A stretch of DNA of 39,066 bases, taken from assembly GCA_045657565.1 (NCBI GenBank), contig JAZOTI010000156.1, forward strand, positions 1-39,066, read 5' to 3'. Below are positions 17,675-26,773 of this stretch, piece after piece. Every line of letters begins with the position of its first letter. The stretch's first letter is position 1. The position numbers and the translations under genes were made by a program. The notes below the pieces were generated by a model, which made no database searches, had not been told where the DNA came from, and worked only from the letters and a program-made list of their open reading frames with translations. This stretch comes from Oscillospiraceae bacterium (lineage in GTDB: Bacteria; Bacillota; Clostridia; Oscillospirales; Ruminococcaceae).

Positions 17675-19342
17675 TTATTCGTATTTGAAATCTTCTTTCA
17701 AAAGGCTGCAGAAGTCATGGAAATATCTTTCCTTGTCTTCAGCAGAAAGTTTAACAAGCATACCAAAGCTGTCCATACTGAGATAACCTGCAGAGAAGAG
17801 CAGTTCTGTATATTCTTTCTTTGTATAACCGTATTCTGCTTCCCACTGGAGAAGTTTTTTCATACCGTAGTAGTAGCAGTTAAAGTAACCAGGCATATTC
17901 TGATGTGCCTGTACCTGTTTGCGTGCTGTGCCCCATTCAAAGCCGAGTTCTTCCTGATAGATTTTACATACATCTTCGATTGTTGCACCGAAAACATAGA
18001 GGCTGAGGTCTACAAGGATACGAACTGCGCCATGATGACGGCGGTATGCTACAAACAATGGGAAGAATGGGTCTTCACCGAAAATCCATTCAAAAGCACG
18101 TTCTGTTCTCAAACATGTGCCTTCGAGAATTGGAATATATTTTGCACCGATTTTAACAGTTTCAGGTGTTTCGCTGAGAGCTGTTTTGAGGTACTGAACA
18201 TGGTGACCAGGGTAAGCTTCGTGGAGAGAGTTGAGCTTGATCCAGCCGTCTGTTACGTTCTTATAGTTGTACTGGTTGAGGAACATCTGACCACGGAATG
18301 GGCGGATGGAGAAATCGCCGCCTTCGTAACCGCCCCATGGGTAGGAGTCTTTGCAGCCTTCGGAAATAGGTTTGCACAGACAGATTTCGTCATCAGGGAG
18401 GTTTACAAATTCGTGAGCAAGAGCTCTTGTTCTCTTGAGATATTCGTCAGCACGACGGAACATTTCTTCAGGAGAATCACATGGACCTTCATATTTGTAA
18501 AGAACATCGTTGATTTCCTGCATTGTTGTTGGGTTTTCAGGAATATCAAGTTTTGCAGCAATTGCAAATACTTCAGAACGTGTTTTTTCAATTTCAGATT
18601 TATGCCATTCAAGAAGTTCGTCAAGGTTTACGCCCAATTTCTTTTTAAGCATTGCGCGGTATTCTTCCACATCACCTTTTACAGTTTTTGTAAGGTCGTC
18701 TTCTGCAAGTTTTGCTGCAGGAACAACTTCTGCTGTGGAAAGTTCGTCTGCTGTTGTGTTGAGCATTGCAACATGTTTATCCATTGCATCTTTAACAGCT
18801 TTAACCTGTTCTTCTGTGAATTTTGGGAAATAGAAGTCTACTCTTTCAGCTTCTTTTGCAATATGTGCAGCTTCACGACGCAAACCGTTTGCAACACCTG
18901 CAAGAGCTTTTTCGTCATATTTTGCTTTAATAACTTCTACATATTCTTCGCGGTTTTCTGCTGCGCCTTCAATGCGTTTAAGAACAGTATCACATTTTTC
19001 CTGTTCTGTGCCACGGCCTTTGCGGGAAACATCTTCAAAGCCCCACATAAAGCCAAAGAAATGTCCTTCAGGATGTGCAGCAACATCTTCAAGTGCAAAT
19101 TCAAGGGAGTCAATGAAATCTTCAAAGTGGTTTTTAACCAATGCAAAAACTGCATCAGGTGCTTCAAGGGCTTCTACTTTAGCTTTAAGTTCTTTCCATT
19201 CTTCCTTAGCAGCAGCTATATTTGCTTCTGAAGGAATAAATGTTTTTTTGCCTCTGCGACGGTATCCGTTGATACTGCCATTAAATTCTGCCAGTTCTTT
19301 GTCAAGTTCACGGTACTTCATTACCAATTCAGGATTATTCAT
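17675..19342 (-). CDS. DUF885 family protein (uncharacterised, metallopeptidase-like fold)
   Basis: 555 aa containing LHEAYPGHHVQY, the HExxPGHHxQ motif that defines DUF885. No signal peptide. RBS aaaggagggactta precedes the ATG. Confidence 0.8.
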   Translation of the reverse strand: MNNPELVMKYRELDKELAEFNGSINGYRRRGKKTFIPSEANIAAAKEEWKELKAKVEALEAPDAVFALVKNHFEDFIDSLEFALEDVAAHPEGHFFGFMWGFEDVSRKGRGTEQEKCDTVLKRIEGAAENREEYVEVIKAKYDEKALAGVANGLRREAAHIAKEAERVDFYFPKFTEEQVKAVKDAMDKHVAMLNTTADELSTAEVVPAAKLAEDDLTKTVKGDVEEYRAMLKKKLGVNLDELLEWHKSEIEKTRSEVFAIAAKLDIPENPTTMQEINDVLYKYEGPCDSPEEMFRRADEYLKRTRALAHEFVNLPDDEICLCKPISEGCKDSYPWGGYEGGDFSIRPFRGQMFLNQYNYKNVTDGWIKLNSLHEAYPGHHVQYLKTALSETPETVKIGAKYIPILEGTCLRTERAFEWIFGEDPFFPLFVAYRRHHGAVRILVDLSLYVFGATIEDVCKIYQEELGFEWGTARKQVQAHQNMPGYFNCYYYGMKKLLQWEAEYGYTKKEYTELLFSAGYLSMDSFGMLVKLSAEDKERYFHDFCSLLKEDFKYE

Positions 19343-19400
19343 AATAAGTCCCTCCTTTTAATTTTAATGATATGTAATATCAATTTTTTCTGCATAATCA

Positions 19401-19448
19401 ATTACCCTTCATGAAATGCGCCCGAAGACGCATTTCACTCAGGGTAAT
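19401..19448 (-). other. long stem-loop between oppF and the DUF885 gene
   Basis: ATTACCCT...TGAAATGCG cccgaaga CGCATTTCA...AGGGTAAT. On the minus strand the loop reads UCUUCGGG. Confidence 0.5.
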
Positions 19449-19459
19449 GGAATGGTTAA

Positions 19460-20437
19460 TTATTCACCTTTTTTGTTTACGTACATTTCGAGTTCTGGTT
19501 CAGAAAGGTAAACAGAATGTGTACCTTCGATGAGGTGCATAGAAGGTTTGTTTACGCTGTAATCATGAACAGATGGATCGTACACAACAAAATCTCTCCA
19601 TTTTTCAAAATATGGGTCTGGTTCAGGAATAGCTGAAAGCAGAGCTTTTGTATATGGATGGATTGGGTTGCCGTAGATTTCTTCTGGTGTACCCTGTTCA
19701 ACAAGGTGACCCATGTACATAACGCCGATATAATCGGAGAAGTATTTTACAACAGAAAGGTCATGAGCGATAAAGAGGATTGTAAGGCCCATTTCCTTTT
19801 TGAGGTCATTCAGGAGGTTAAGAACCTGTGCCTGAATGGAAACGTCCAATGCGGAGATTGGTTCGTCAGCGATGATGAGTTTTGGGTTAGTTGCAAGTGT
19901 ACGTGCAATACCGATACGCTGTCTCTGACCACCGGAGAATTCATGTGGGTAACGTGTGAGATGGTCGTCAGCAAGACCAACTGTTCTGATCATCTTAAGG
20001 CAAACTTCGCGAACTTCTTCGTCTGTTTTGCAAACTTTGTTGATGATAAGACCTTCACCGATAATTTCCTGAATAGTCATACGTGGGTTAAGAGAAGAAA
20101 TTGGGTCCTGGAAAATCATCTGGATGCCACGTGTTACTTCTCTTCTTTCATCTGCTGTAAGTTTACCAGCAATGTCTTTACCTTCGAAGATAACTTCGCC
20201 GCTTGTAGCTTTGTAAAGACGGATGATTGTACGGCCAGTTGTTGTTTTACCACAACCGGATTCACCTACAAGACCAAAAGTCTTACCGCGAGGGATTTTA
20301 AAGGAAACGTCGTCAACAGCTTTAACAACGATTCTTTTTCTGCCTACACCACTTTTAAAGTGCTGGCAAAGGTTTCTAACATCAAGAAGAATGTCTTCAC
20401 TTTCCATGTAGTTATCTACTTTTACGTTATCAGCCAT
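19460..20437 (-). CDS. oppF: oligopeptide ABC transporter ATP-binding protein
   Basis: Walker [10 protein letters not shown], signature [15 protein letters not shown], Walker B LIIADEP, and an Opp-type C-terminal extension. Its ATG overlaps the oppD stop by 8 nt. Confidence 0.9.
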   Translation of the reverse strand: MADNVKVDNYMESEDILLDVRNLCQHFKSGVGRKRIVVKAVDDVSFKIPRGKTFGLVGESGCGKTTTGRTIIRLYKATSGEVIFEGKDIAGKLTADERREVTRGIQMIFQDPISSLNPRMTIQEIIGEGLIINKVCKTDEEVREVCLKMIRTVGLADDHLTRYPHEFSGGQRQRIGIARTLATNPKLIIADEPISALDVSIQAQVLNLLNDLKKEMGLTILFIAHDLSVVKYFSDYIGVMYMGHLVEQGTPEEIYGNPIHPYTKALLSAIPEPDPYFEKWRDFVVYDPSVHDYSVNKPSMHLIEGTHSVYLSEPELEMYVNKKGE

Positions 20438-21494
20438 TAGCTCTTGCCTCCTTTCTCTTCAAGCTGTTAGCAATTCTGCGGTCGAGCAATGCAGGACGTT
20501 CTACTTTTGGTGCATTTGGATGCAAGAGCCATGTAGAAGCATAGTGAGTATCGCTAACTTTAAACATTGGTGGGTCTTCTTCAAAGTCAATCTGGAGTGC
20601 CCACTGGTTTCTTTCTGCAAATGCGTCACCAACTGGTGGGTGGAGCATGTTTGGTGGTGTACCCTGGAGAGAATAGAGTTCTTCTTCAGAGGACAAGTCT
20701 GTATCAGGCATGGAAGCCATCAAGCTCCATGTATATGGATGCTGTGGGTTGTAGAAGATATCTTCAGAAGTACCGTATTCTACAATTTTACCAGCGTACA
20801 TAACAGCAATTCTGTCAGCAACGTGAGCAACAACGCCCAAGTCATGTGTGATAAAGATTGTGGAAACGCCTGTGTTCTTCTGCAAGTCACCGATAAGGTG
20901 AAGAACCTGAGCCTGGATTGTTACGTCAAGAGCTGTTGTAGGTTCGTCACAGATAAGAATTGTTGGGTTGGAAGCCAAAGCGATAGCAATAACGATACGC
21001 TGACGCATACCACCGGAGAAGTTGAATGGGTACTGTTCGTATCTCTTTTCTGGTTCAGGGATACCTACAGCTGCCATAAGTTCCAAACTTCTCTTTTTAG
21101 CTTCTTCTTTTGGCATTTTGTGAAGGATTGTGAAGATTTCAGCAATCTGTTTACCAATCTTTTTGATTGGGTTGAGGGAAGAAAGTGGGTCCTGGAAGAT
21201 CATAGCGATTTCACGACCACGGATTTTTTCCCAGTCTTTTTCTGTATTTTTAGTCAAGTCCTGACCTTTGTACATAGCAGTACCGCGTTCGATAATAGCA
21301 TTTTTACCTGCGATACCCATAAGAGTTTTAACAGTAACGGATTTACCGGAACCGGATTCACCTACGATAGCAAGAACTTCGCCTTTGTAAAGGTCGAATG
21401 TGTTGCCACGAACTGCCTGAACTTTACCTGCGTATGTATTAAATGATACTGTCAAGTCTTTAACTTCAAGTATTTTTTCTCTACTCATCGACAA
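20430..21494 (-). CDS. oppD: oligopeptide ABC transporter ATP-binding protein
   Basis: Walker A GESGSGKSV, signature FSGGMRQRIVIAIAL, Walker B LICDEPTTALD. Confidence 0.9.
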   Translation of the reverse strand: MSMSREKILEVKDLTVSFNTYAGKVQAVRGNTFDLYKGEVLAIVGESGSGKSVTVKTLMGIAGKNAIIERGTAMYKGQDLTKNTEKDWEKIRGREIAMIFQDPLSSLNPIKKIGKQIAEIFTILHKMPKEEAKKRSLELMAAVGIPEPEKRYEQYPFNFSGGMRQRIVIAIALASNPTILICDEPTTALDVTIQAQVLHLIGDLQKNTGVSTIFITHDLGVVAHVADRIAVMYAGKIVEYGTSEDIFYNPQHPYTWSLMASMPDTDLSSEEELYSLQGTPPNMLHPPVGDAFAERNQWALQIDFEEDPPMFKVSDTHYASTWLLHPNAPKVERPALLDRRIANSLKRKEARANG

Positions 21495-21530
21495 GTCTAT
21501 CCTTTCTGTATAATTGTGAATCGGTTTAAA

Positions 21531-22694
21531 TTACTGTCTGAGGTTAGGGTTGAATGCGTCTCTCAAGCCGTTACCGAAGAGGTTGAATGCGAGCATAAGA
21601 GCGATGATGATGATACCTGGGAACAGGATCATGTATGGGTAGTCCATAAGAACTTTCTGACCGTCAGAAAGGAGCATACCGATAGATGGGTTTGGTGCCT
21701 GAACACCGAGACCAAGGTAGGAAAGACCTGCTTCCTGGAAAACAACGTTTGGTACAGCAAGAGCACAGGATGTGATGATTGTACCGATAGCGTTTGGAAG
21801 GATGTGACGGAACATAATTTTAATATCGCTTGCACCCATTGTTCTTGCAGCGAGAACGTATTCTCTGTTTTTGTAACGGTAGAACTGCATACGAACGCTG
21901 TTAGCTGTACCCATCCAGCCTGTAAGACAGAATACCAATACGAGAGATGTGATACCTGAACCGAAGAGCATGATGAGCAAGATTGTGAGTGGCAAGGATG
22001 GAATGTTCCAAATAACGTCCATGATACGCTGGATGATAAGGTCAACCCAACCACCGTAGTAACCACAAACGGAACCAACAACGAGACCGATTGAAAGGTT
22101 GATAGCAACAACGGAGAAAGCCATGATAAGGGATACACGAGTACCCTGCCAGAGACGTGAGAACAGGTCACGGCCGATATTGTCTGTACCGAACCAGTAG
22201 TAAACGTCTTCTGCGCCTCTCTGTTTGTAGATGTCAACGCGGATTTTAGCCATTTCAGCTTTACCAAATGCAGAGTTTGTTGTAAATCTGCCAAGGTCTT
22301 CTACTATGAAGTCTGCATACTGATCAAGGTTGGAAGCCTGTACTGTAAGAACACGTGTACCATCCATAATGCCGATATCTTCAAGAACTGGAATTCTTGG
22401 AGGCATATTTTTAAGTTCAAGGTTCTGTTCGAGATAGTTATATTTACTGAGACCAGGACCGATGATTGCCATGAAAACAATCAGGATAATGATAAGTGTT
22501 GCAGTAACTGTAACTTTATCTCTTTTAAAACGACGCCAAACGTCTTTGATGTAAGAAACTGCTTCTGTTTTGAATTCTACGTCGTGAATTTTTTCTTCAC
22601 GCTGAAGACGTTCAAACTTTTCAGCAGGTTTATTCATAATTTCATCGCCTGCAGGCTGACCATCAGCCATTAACAAAGTTTTGTCATTATTCAT
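21531..22694 (-). CDS. oppC: oligopeptide ABC transporter permease (long N-terminal extension)
   Basis: 387 aa. The OppC-type N-terminal region and first TM helix are followed by a binding-protein-dependent permease core. Overlaps the oppB stop by 8 nt. Confidence 0.88.
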   Translation of the reverse strand: MNNDKTLLMADGQPAGDEIMNKPAEKFERLQREEKIHDVEFKTEAVSYIKDVWRRFKRDKVTVTATLIIILIVFMAIIGPGLSKYNYLEQNLELKNMPPRIPVLEDIGIMDGTRVLTVQASNLDQYADFIVEDLGRFTTNSAFGKAEMAKIRVDIYKQRGAEDVYYWFGTDNIGRDLFSRLWQGTRVSLIMAFSVVAINLSIGLVVGSVCGYYGGWVDLIIQRIMDVIWNIPSLPLTILLIMLFGSGITSLVLVFCLTGWMGTANSVRMQFYRYKNREYVLAARTMGASDIKIMFRHILPNAIGTIITSCALAVPNVVFQEAGLSYLGLGVQAPNPSIGMLLSDGQKVLMDYPYMILFPGIIIIALMLAFNLFGNGLRDAFNPNLRQ

Positions 22695-23643
22695 CTTTCT
22701 TACCTCCCATTCGGATTCGTGGGTCGATTACGCCGTATGAAAGGTCAGCAAGGATAGCCATAAACAAACCGATCATAACGTAGAAGATAACGATACCCAT
22801 TGTCAACCAGTGGTCTTTACCATTGATAGCGGAAATCATTGTCTTGGACAAGCCTGGTACACCGAAAATCTGTTCGATAACAAGTGATGAGGACAAAACG
22901 CCAAGGAACAAGTAAAGGAATGTTGCAGACAGTGGAACACAAGCGTTACGCAATGCATGACCTGTGATTGTCTGACGATATGTAAGACCCTTAGCTTTAG
23001 CCAAAAGCATGAAGTCCATTGTGAGAACTTCAGCAAGTTCAGCACGCAATGTTCTTGCGATAGAAGCAATTGAACCAAAGGAAAGAGCCAGAATTGGCAT
23101 AATCATTGAATAGAATTTTGACCAGGACAGTTTATGTTCTGTAGCCAAAACAAGTGGGAACCATTCCAGTTTAAAGCCAAGGTAGTACTGCATAACAGCA
23201 GCAAGTACGAAGGATGGAACGGAAATCAAAAGGATAACAATACTACTTGCAACGATATCATAGAGAGTATCTTTTTTGATAGCCATTGTGATACCGAAAA
23301 TCATACCAACTGGCAGGATAAAGAATGCTGCAAAGTAGTTGAGCTGAATTGTAATAGCAAGACGTTCAAGGATAACGTCAAAAACCGGAACACCCGGTCT
23401 AACTTTGAGAGAGTAACCAAAGTCGCCATGGAGATAGTCTCTCATTGTGTAGCCGAACTGTACAACAAGTGGTTCATCAAGATGGTATTTTGAAATCATA
23501 GCCTGACGGATAGCAGGGTCAAGCTTTGGTGACAGGTCAAGAATGTCACCTGGCATAGAATGCAATACGAAAAATACAACAACGACAATAACCAACATTG
23601 TAAAACATGCTGCTACTATTCTCTGTAAAGTGTATCTAAGCAC
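22687..23643 (-). CDS. oppB: oligopeptide ABC transporter permease
   Basis: 318 aa. The N-terminus MLRYTLQRIVAACFTMLVIVVVVFFVLHSMPGD is the canonical OppB/DppB start. Confidence 0.9.
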   Translation of the reverse strand: MLRYTLQRIVAACFTMLVIVVVVFFVLHSMPGDILDLSPKLDPAIRQAMISKYHLDEPLVVQFGYTMRDYLHGDFGYSLKVRPGVPVFDVILERLAITIQLNYFAAFFILPVGMIFGITMAIKKDTLYDIVASSIVILLISVPSFVLAAVMQYYLGFKLEWFPLVLATEHKLSWSKFYSMIMPILALSFGSIASIARTLRAELAEVLTMDFMLLAKAKGLTYRQTITGHALRNACVPLSATFLYLFLGVLSSSLVIEQIFGVPGLSKTMISAINGKDHWLTMGIVIFYVMIGLFMAILADLSYGVIDPRIRMGGKKDE

Positions 23644-23670
23644 AGTCGCACCTCTTTCTAATAGTTATGT

Positions 23671-23809
23671 GCAGTATTATTAAACAATCTTATTTGTTTA
23701 ATAATACTGCGGTCCAATTAAACGCATTGGACCGCAGTATAATCGTTTTTACGAATTCTAGATAGTTCGTACTTACTGGAGTCTTAAATTTGTATTTTCA
23801 GTCTCCAGC
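23671..23809 (-). other. three consecutive stem-loops in the 204 nt oppA-oppB spacer (attenuator / RNA-stability elements)
   Basis: Hairpin C at 23777-23809 (CTGGAG/CTCCAG core). Hairpin B at 23704-23740 (14 bp, ATACTGCGGTCCAA/TTGGACCGCAGTAT). Hairpin A at 23671-23710 (16 bp perfect, GCAGTATTATTAAACA/TGTTTAATAATACTGC). A and B share 7 nt. Confidence 0.6.
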
Positions 23810-23847
23810 ATCATACACTGCTTCAACTAAATATTGATGTTCAATAA

Positions 23848-25638
23848 TTAGTTAAATTTAGCCTGCATCAAGCAGAATTCAAGGTCGATATCGCCTTCTG
23901 TGAGGAGTGGATCGATTCTGTCGGAGAAGAACCATCTGTAACCACGGTTGTAAACTGGGATGAAGCATGCGTCGTTGAGGAGGATTTCTTCCATTCTTGC
24001 GCAGTTTTCAAGTTTTTTCTGTGGGTCACGTTTGTCTTCGTAGAGAGCAGAACGGTAGAAGAGTTCGTCCCATTCCTGACGTGCTGCTTCAGACTGGATG
24101 TAGCAGTACTGTGTGTTGTATGTCCAAGGACCGGAGTATACCCAGTTTGTGTTGTTCCATGGGTAGTCAGCGGAGTTGTACCAACCACAGGAGAAGCAGA
24201 GGTCGAAGTTCATAACTTCTCTGGAGATTTCTGTGTAGATTGTTGCAGATGGGCAAGCCTGGAGTTCGATAGCAAATCTGTCTGCACCGAAGAGTTCCTG
24301 AATCTGGGACTGAAGAACTTCAGCAAATTCTTTGTAAGCGTCGGAAGAGTCAGAGTAGATAGCTGTAACCTGAACTGGCTGACCGCCGTTTGCTGCGTAT
24401 GCTTTTTCGAAGTAGTCAAGAGCGAGTTCTTTGTTGTAACCAGCCTGTGTTACTTCATGACCGTCAATTCTGATAGCCTGAGCTTCTGGAGTTGAACGGT
24501 AGTGGATTTTAGCGTTAGCTGGGTCAGCTGGGTCTGGCATTGTTGCAACTGTGAGGTACTGGTAAGCGGAAGCAATAGATGTTGGGTAAACAGCTTTAAC
24601 GATTGCTTCACGGTCGATACCCCAGTAGAGAGCGTAACGCATGTTTACGTCTTTGAGGATATCGTTGGATGGGGATTCACCGTTGATGTAGAAGCCCATG
24701 TTGTCAGCTCTGAGCTGGATGCGAGCGCCTGGGTATTCGTCGTACTGTGCCTGGTTAGCAACAACAGCGTCGATAAGGCCCTGTTCGAACATCTGAACCT
24801 GTGTGTTAGCGTCTGTTACGCACTGGTATTCAACTTTGTCAGGTGTGAAGATGTCAGCCTGCATCTGGCCGCCTTCATCTGTTCTTCTTGTAAGTTCAAG
24901 GTACTGGCCCTGGATAAGGTCAGATGGGTAGTAAAGAGCAGATGCTACGAATGTTTCGAGAGAAGAACCGTATGTACAGGATGTGCCGTCTTCGGAGAGG
25001 CAGGATTCGTACATTTCTGGGTGAACGATACATGCACCAACCCAACCGAGGTAGCTCATAACGTCAAGAGCTGTTTCTGGTTCGTAGTCGTCAGCGTATG
25101 TGAGTTCGATTGTGTAGTCGTCAACAGCTTTGAAACCAACTTCAGACCATTCGCATTCGCCTGCAAGGTATGCAGCGCCGTTCATCATGTCGGAAGCGTT
25201 GGAGTTTCTGTTAGCGAGTTTTGGGTCATTGAGCATTTTCATAGAATATTCTACTGTATGTGCGTCAATTGGTGTGCCGTCCACAAATGTGTAACCTTCA
25301 GCAACTTTGATTGTCCAAACTTTGTTTGTGTCATCATGTGGTGTTGGTACTTCAGCAGCAAGGCGTGGTACGAACACTGTTGCACCCTGTGCAGGGTCAT
25401 AGATTTCACGGAAGAGTGAAGCGTTCATGTCGAGCAACAGTTCATAGTTTGTAGCTGTTGTCTGTGGGTTGAGTGTTTCGATGATGTCTGGGTGTGTCAA
25501 TCTCAACACTTTTTCAGTTGTTTCTGTAACTGTGCTTTCGCCTTCTGTTACTTCGCTGGAAGCTGGAGCAGAAGAACATGCTGTGAATACCATTGCACAA
25601 GCAAGAAGCATAGCTACTAAGCGCATAGCTTTTTTCAT
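23848..25638 (-). CDS. oppA: peptide ABC transporter substrate-binding lipoprotein (family 5)
   Basis: 596 aa. Signal peptide with lipobox-like VFTAC followed by a Ser/Thr/Glu-rich linker. Its size and position at the head of oppBCDF fit OppA. RBS aaaggagaaaacttt. Confidence 0.88.
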   Translation of the reverse strand: MKKAMRLVAMLLACAMVFTACSSAPASSEVTEGESTVTETTEKVLRLTHPDIIETLNPQTTATNYELLLDMNASLFREIYDPAQGATVFVPRLAAEVPTPHDDTNKVWTIKVAEGYTFVDGTPIDAHTVEYSMKMLNDPKLANRNSNASDMMNGAAYLAGECEWSEVGFKAVDDYTIELTYADDYEPETALDVMSYLGWVGACIVHPEMYESCLSEDGTSCTYGSSLETFVASALYYPSDLIQGQYLELTRRTDEGGQMQADIFTPDKVEYQCVTDANTQVQMFEQGLIDAVVANQAQYDEYPGARIQLRADNMGFYINGESPSNDILKDVNMRYALYWGIDREAIVKAVYPTSIASAYQYLTVATMPDPADPANAKIHYRSTPEAQAIRIDGHEVTQAGYNKELALDYFEKAYAANGGQPVQVTAIYSDSSDAYKEFAEVLQSQIQELFGADRFAIELQACPSATIYTEISREVMNFDLCFSCGWYNSADYPWNNTNWVYSGPWTYNTQYCYIQSEAARQEWDELFYRSALYEDKRDPQKKLENCARMEEILLNDACFIPVYNRGYRWFFSDRIDPLLTEGDIDLEFCLMQAKFN

Positions 25639-25659
25639 AAAGTTTTCTCCTTTATAGAA

Positions 25660-25705
25660 TTATTTTTTATTACAAACGCAGTATGCTTACGTATTACATA
25701 CTGCG
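25660..25705 (-). terminator. stem-loop / leaky terminator between the DUF3899-like gene and oppA
   Basis: CGCAGTATG (25677-25685) pairs with CATACTGCG (25697-25705). The minus strand continues TTTGTAATAAAAAAT. Confidence 0.45.
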
Positions 25706-25725
25706 GTTATAACCGAAAGGGTGCT

Positions 25726-26127
25726 TTAAGCCACAAGTGCTATAAGCAGTGAAACCGCCAGGAATGCGATGCCGTAAATCAAAGGCCAGCCCACATCTCT
25801 CTGGTATACATCGGCATATATATACTTTTCAGTATATTCAGCCAGGGACATCGGACGGATTACTGTGCCGTCTGCCCCTTGAGTTTTTCTTGTACGGCGT
25901 TTATATGCCATCCATGAAAATGTTTTGAACAATCCAACATTTCTTATATATCTTGAAGCCCCTACCACAATGTACAAAAGGCCTGTGTTGAAGAAATAGT
26001 CGGAAATGTTTCTGATAATGCCCGGCTCCCAGTTAAGAAGCATGAGTGCGAGTGCAATGCAGCTGCATATGAACCAGACACGGAATTTTTCTTTTTTCCA
26101 GTATAATTTAAATTTAGCTTTTAACAT
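25726..26127 (-). CDS. small membrane protein, DUF3899-like
   Basis: 133 aa with three or four TM helices around a basic loop (YKRRTRKTQG). The overall pattern resembles DUF3899 proteins; this assignment is from memory only. Confidence 0.5.
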   Translation of the reverse strand: MLKAKFKLYWKKEKFRVWFICSCIALALMLLNWEPGIIRNISDYFFNTGLLYIVVGASRYIRNVGLFKTFSWMAYKRRTRKTQGADGTVIRPMSLAEYTEKYIYADVYQRDVGWPLIYGIAFLAVSLLIALVA

Positions 26128-26654
26128 TTTATATATCTGACCTCTGTTACAGGCTTGTTACATAAGATTATTAAAAATCTGTTAACTTCCATAACAAAGT
26201 GGTAAATTCATATTTTTTCAAACTCAGTGAAAAGAACCTAACTTATGATATCACACAATTTTAACTTTTTCAAGATAAAAAATGACATCGTCTGCCTTCA
26301 ATTTGTGAAAATTAACTAAAAAGCGCTGTGTATTGCCCGTTTTTATGTTGTAATACATTAAAATAATTGCTTTTTTATGCAAATATGTAAAATTACATAA
26401 AAATACATTTTTACTCAACCATCTTCAATATTTATGCATTATTTTATATTTTTCATGTCTTATTGTGCCTAAAAGCTTGTTTTTTTATCTTTACTATGTA
26501 TATATTTTCACAACTATTTATACCAAAAATATTCATAATTACTATAAAAAAACCTCTTTTTACAAAAAAATAGTTACAAATAATTACAAATCCGCCCCAA
26601 TTTTAATTTCGGCATTTTAGACAAAAACCCGCCTTAACCGCTTTTAAGACACCT

Positions 26655-26714
26655 AAAAAAATTGTGCAAAAAATAAATTGACAGGCAACAATAGATTCCC
26701 CTGTTGCCTGTCAA
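26655..26714 (-). terminator. rho-independent terminator of the Xaa-Pro peptidase gene
   Basis: TTGACAGGCAACA (26678-26690) pairs with TGTTGCCTGTCAA (26702-26714). The minus strand continues TTTATTTTTTGCACAATTTTTTT. Confidence 0.8.
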
Positions 26715-26773
26715 ACACATTATTTATAATTTATTTCTATAATGGCATATGACAACCACAATATATTGTGCTG

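Noticed and set aside
25639-25725. Possible T-box, other leader element or CodY box directly upstream of oppA.
   Set aside because: The region is only 87 nt and is occupied by one hairpin and the RBS. It has no specifier or T-box sequence features, and the AAAAATAATTCTATAAA segment is a poor CodY match.
26245-26319. Small ORFs in the AT-rich spacer, for example the 24 aa MISHNFNFFKIKNDIVCLQFVKIN on the plus strand and a 27 aa ORF on the minus strand starting near 26540.
   Set aside because: There is no RBS at a suitable distance and the peptides are low-complexity. AT-rich DNA produces such ORFs by chance.
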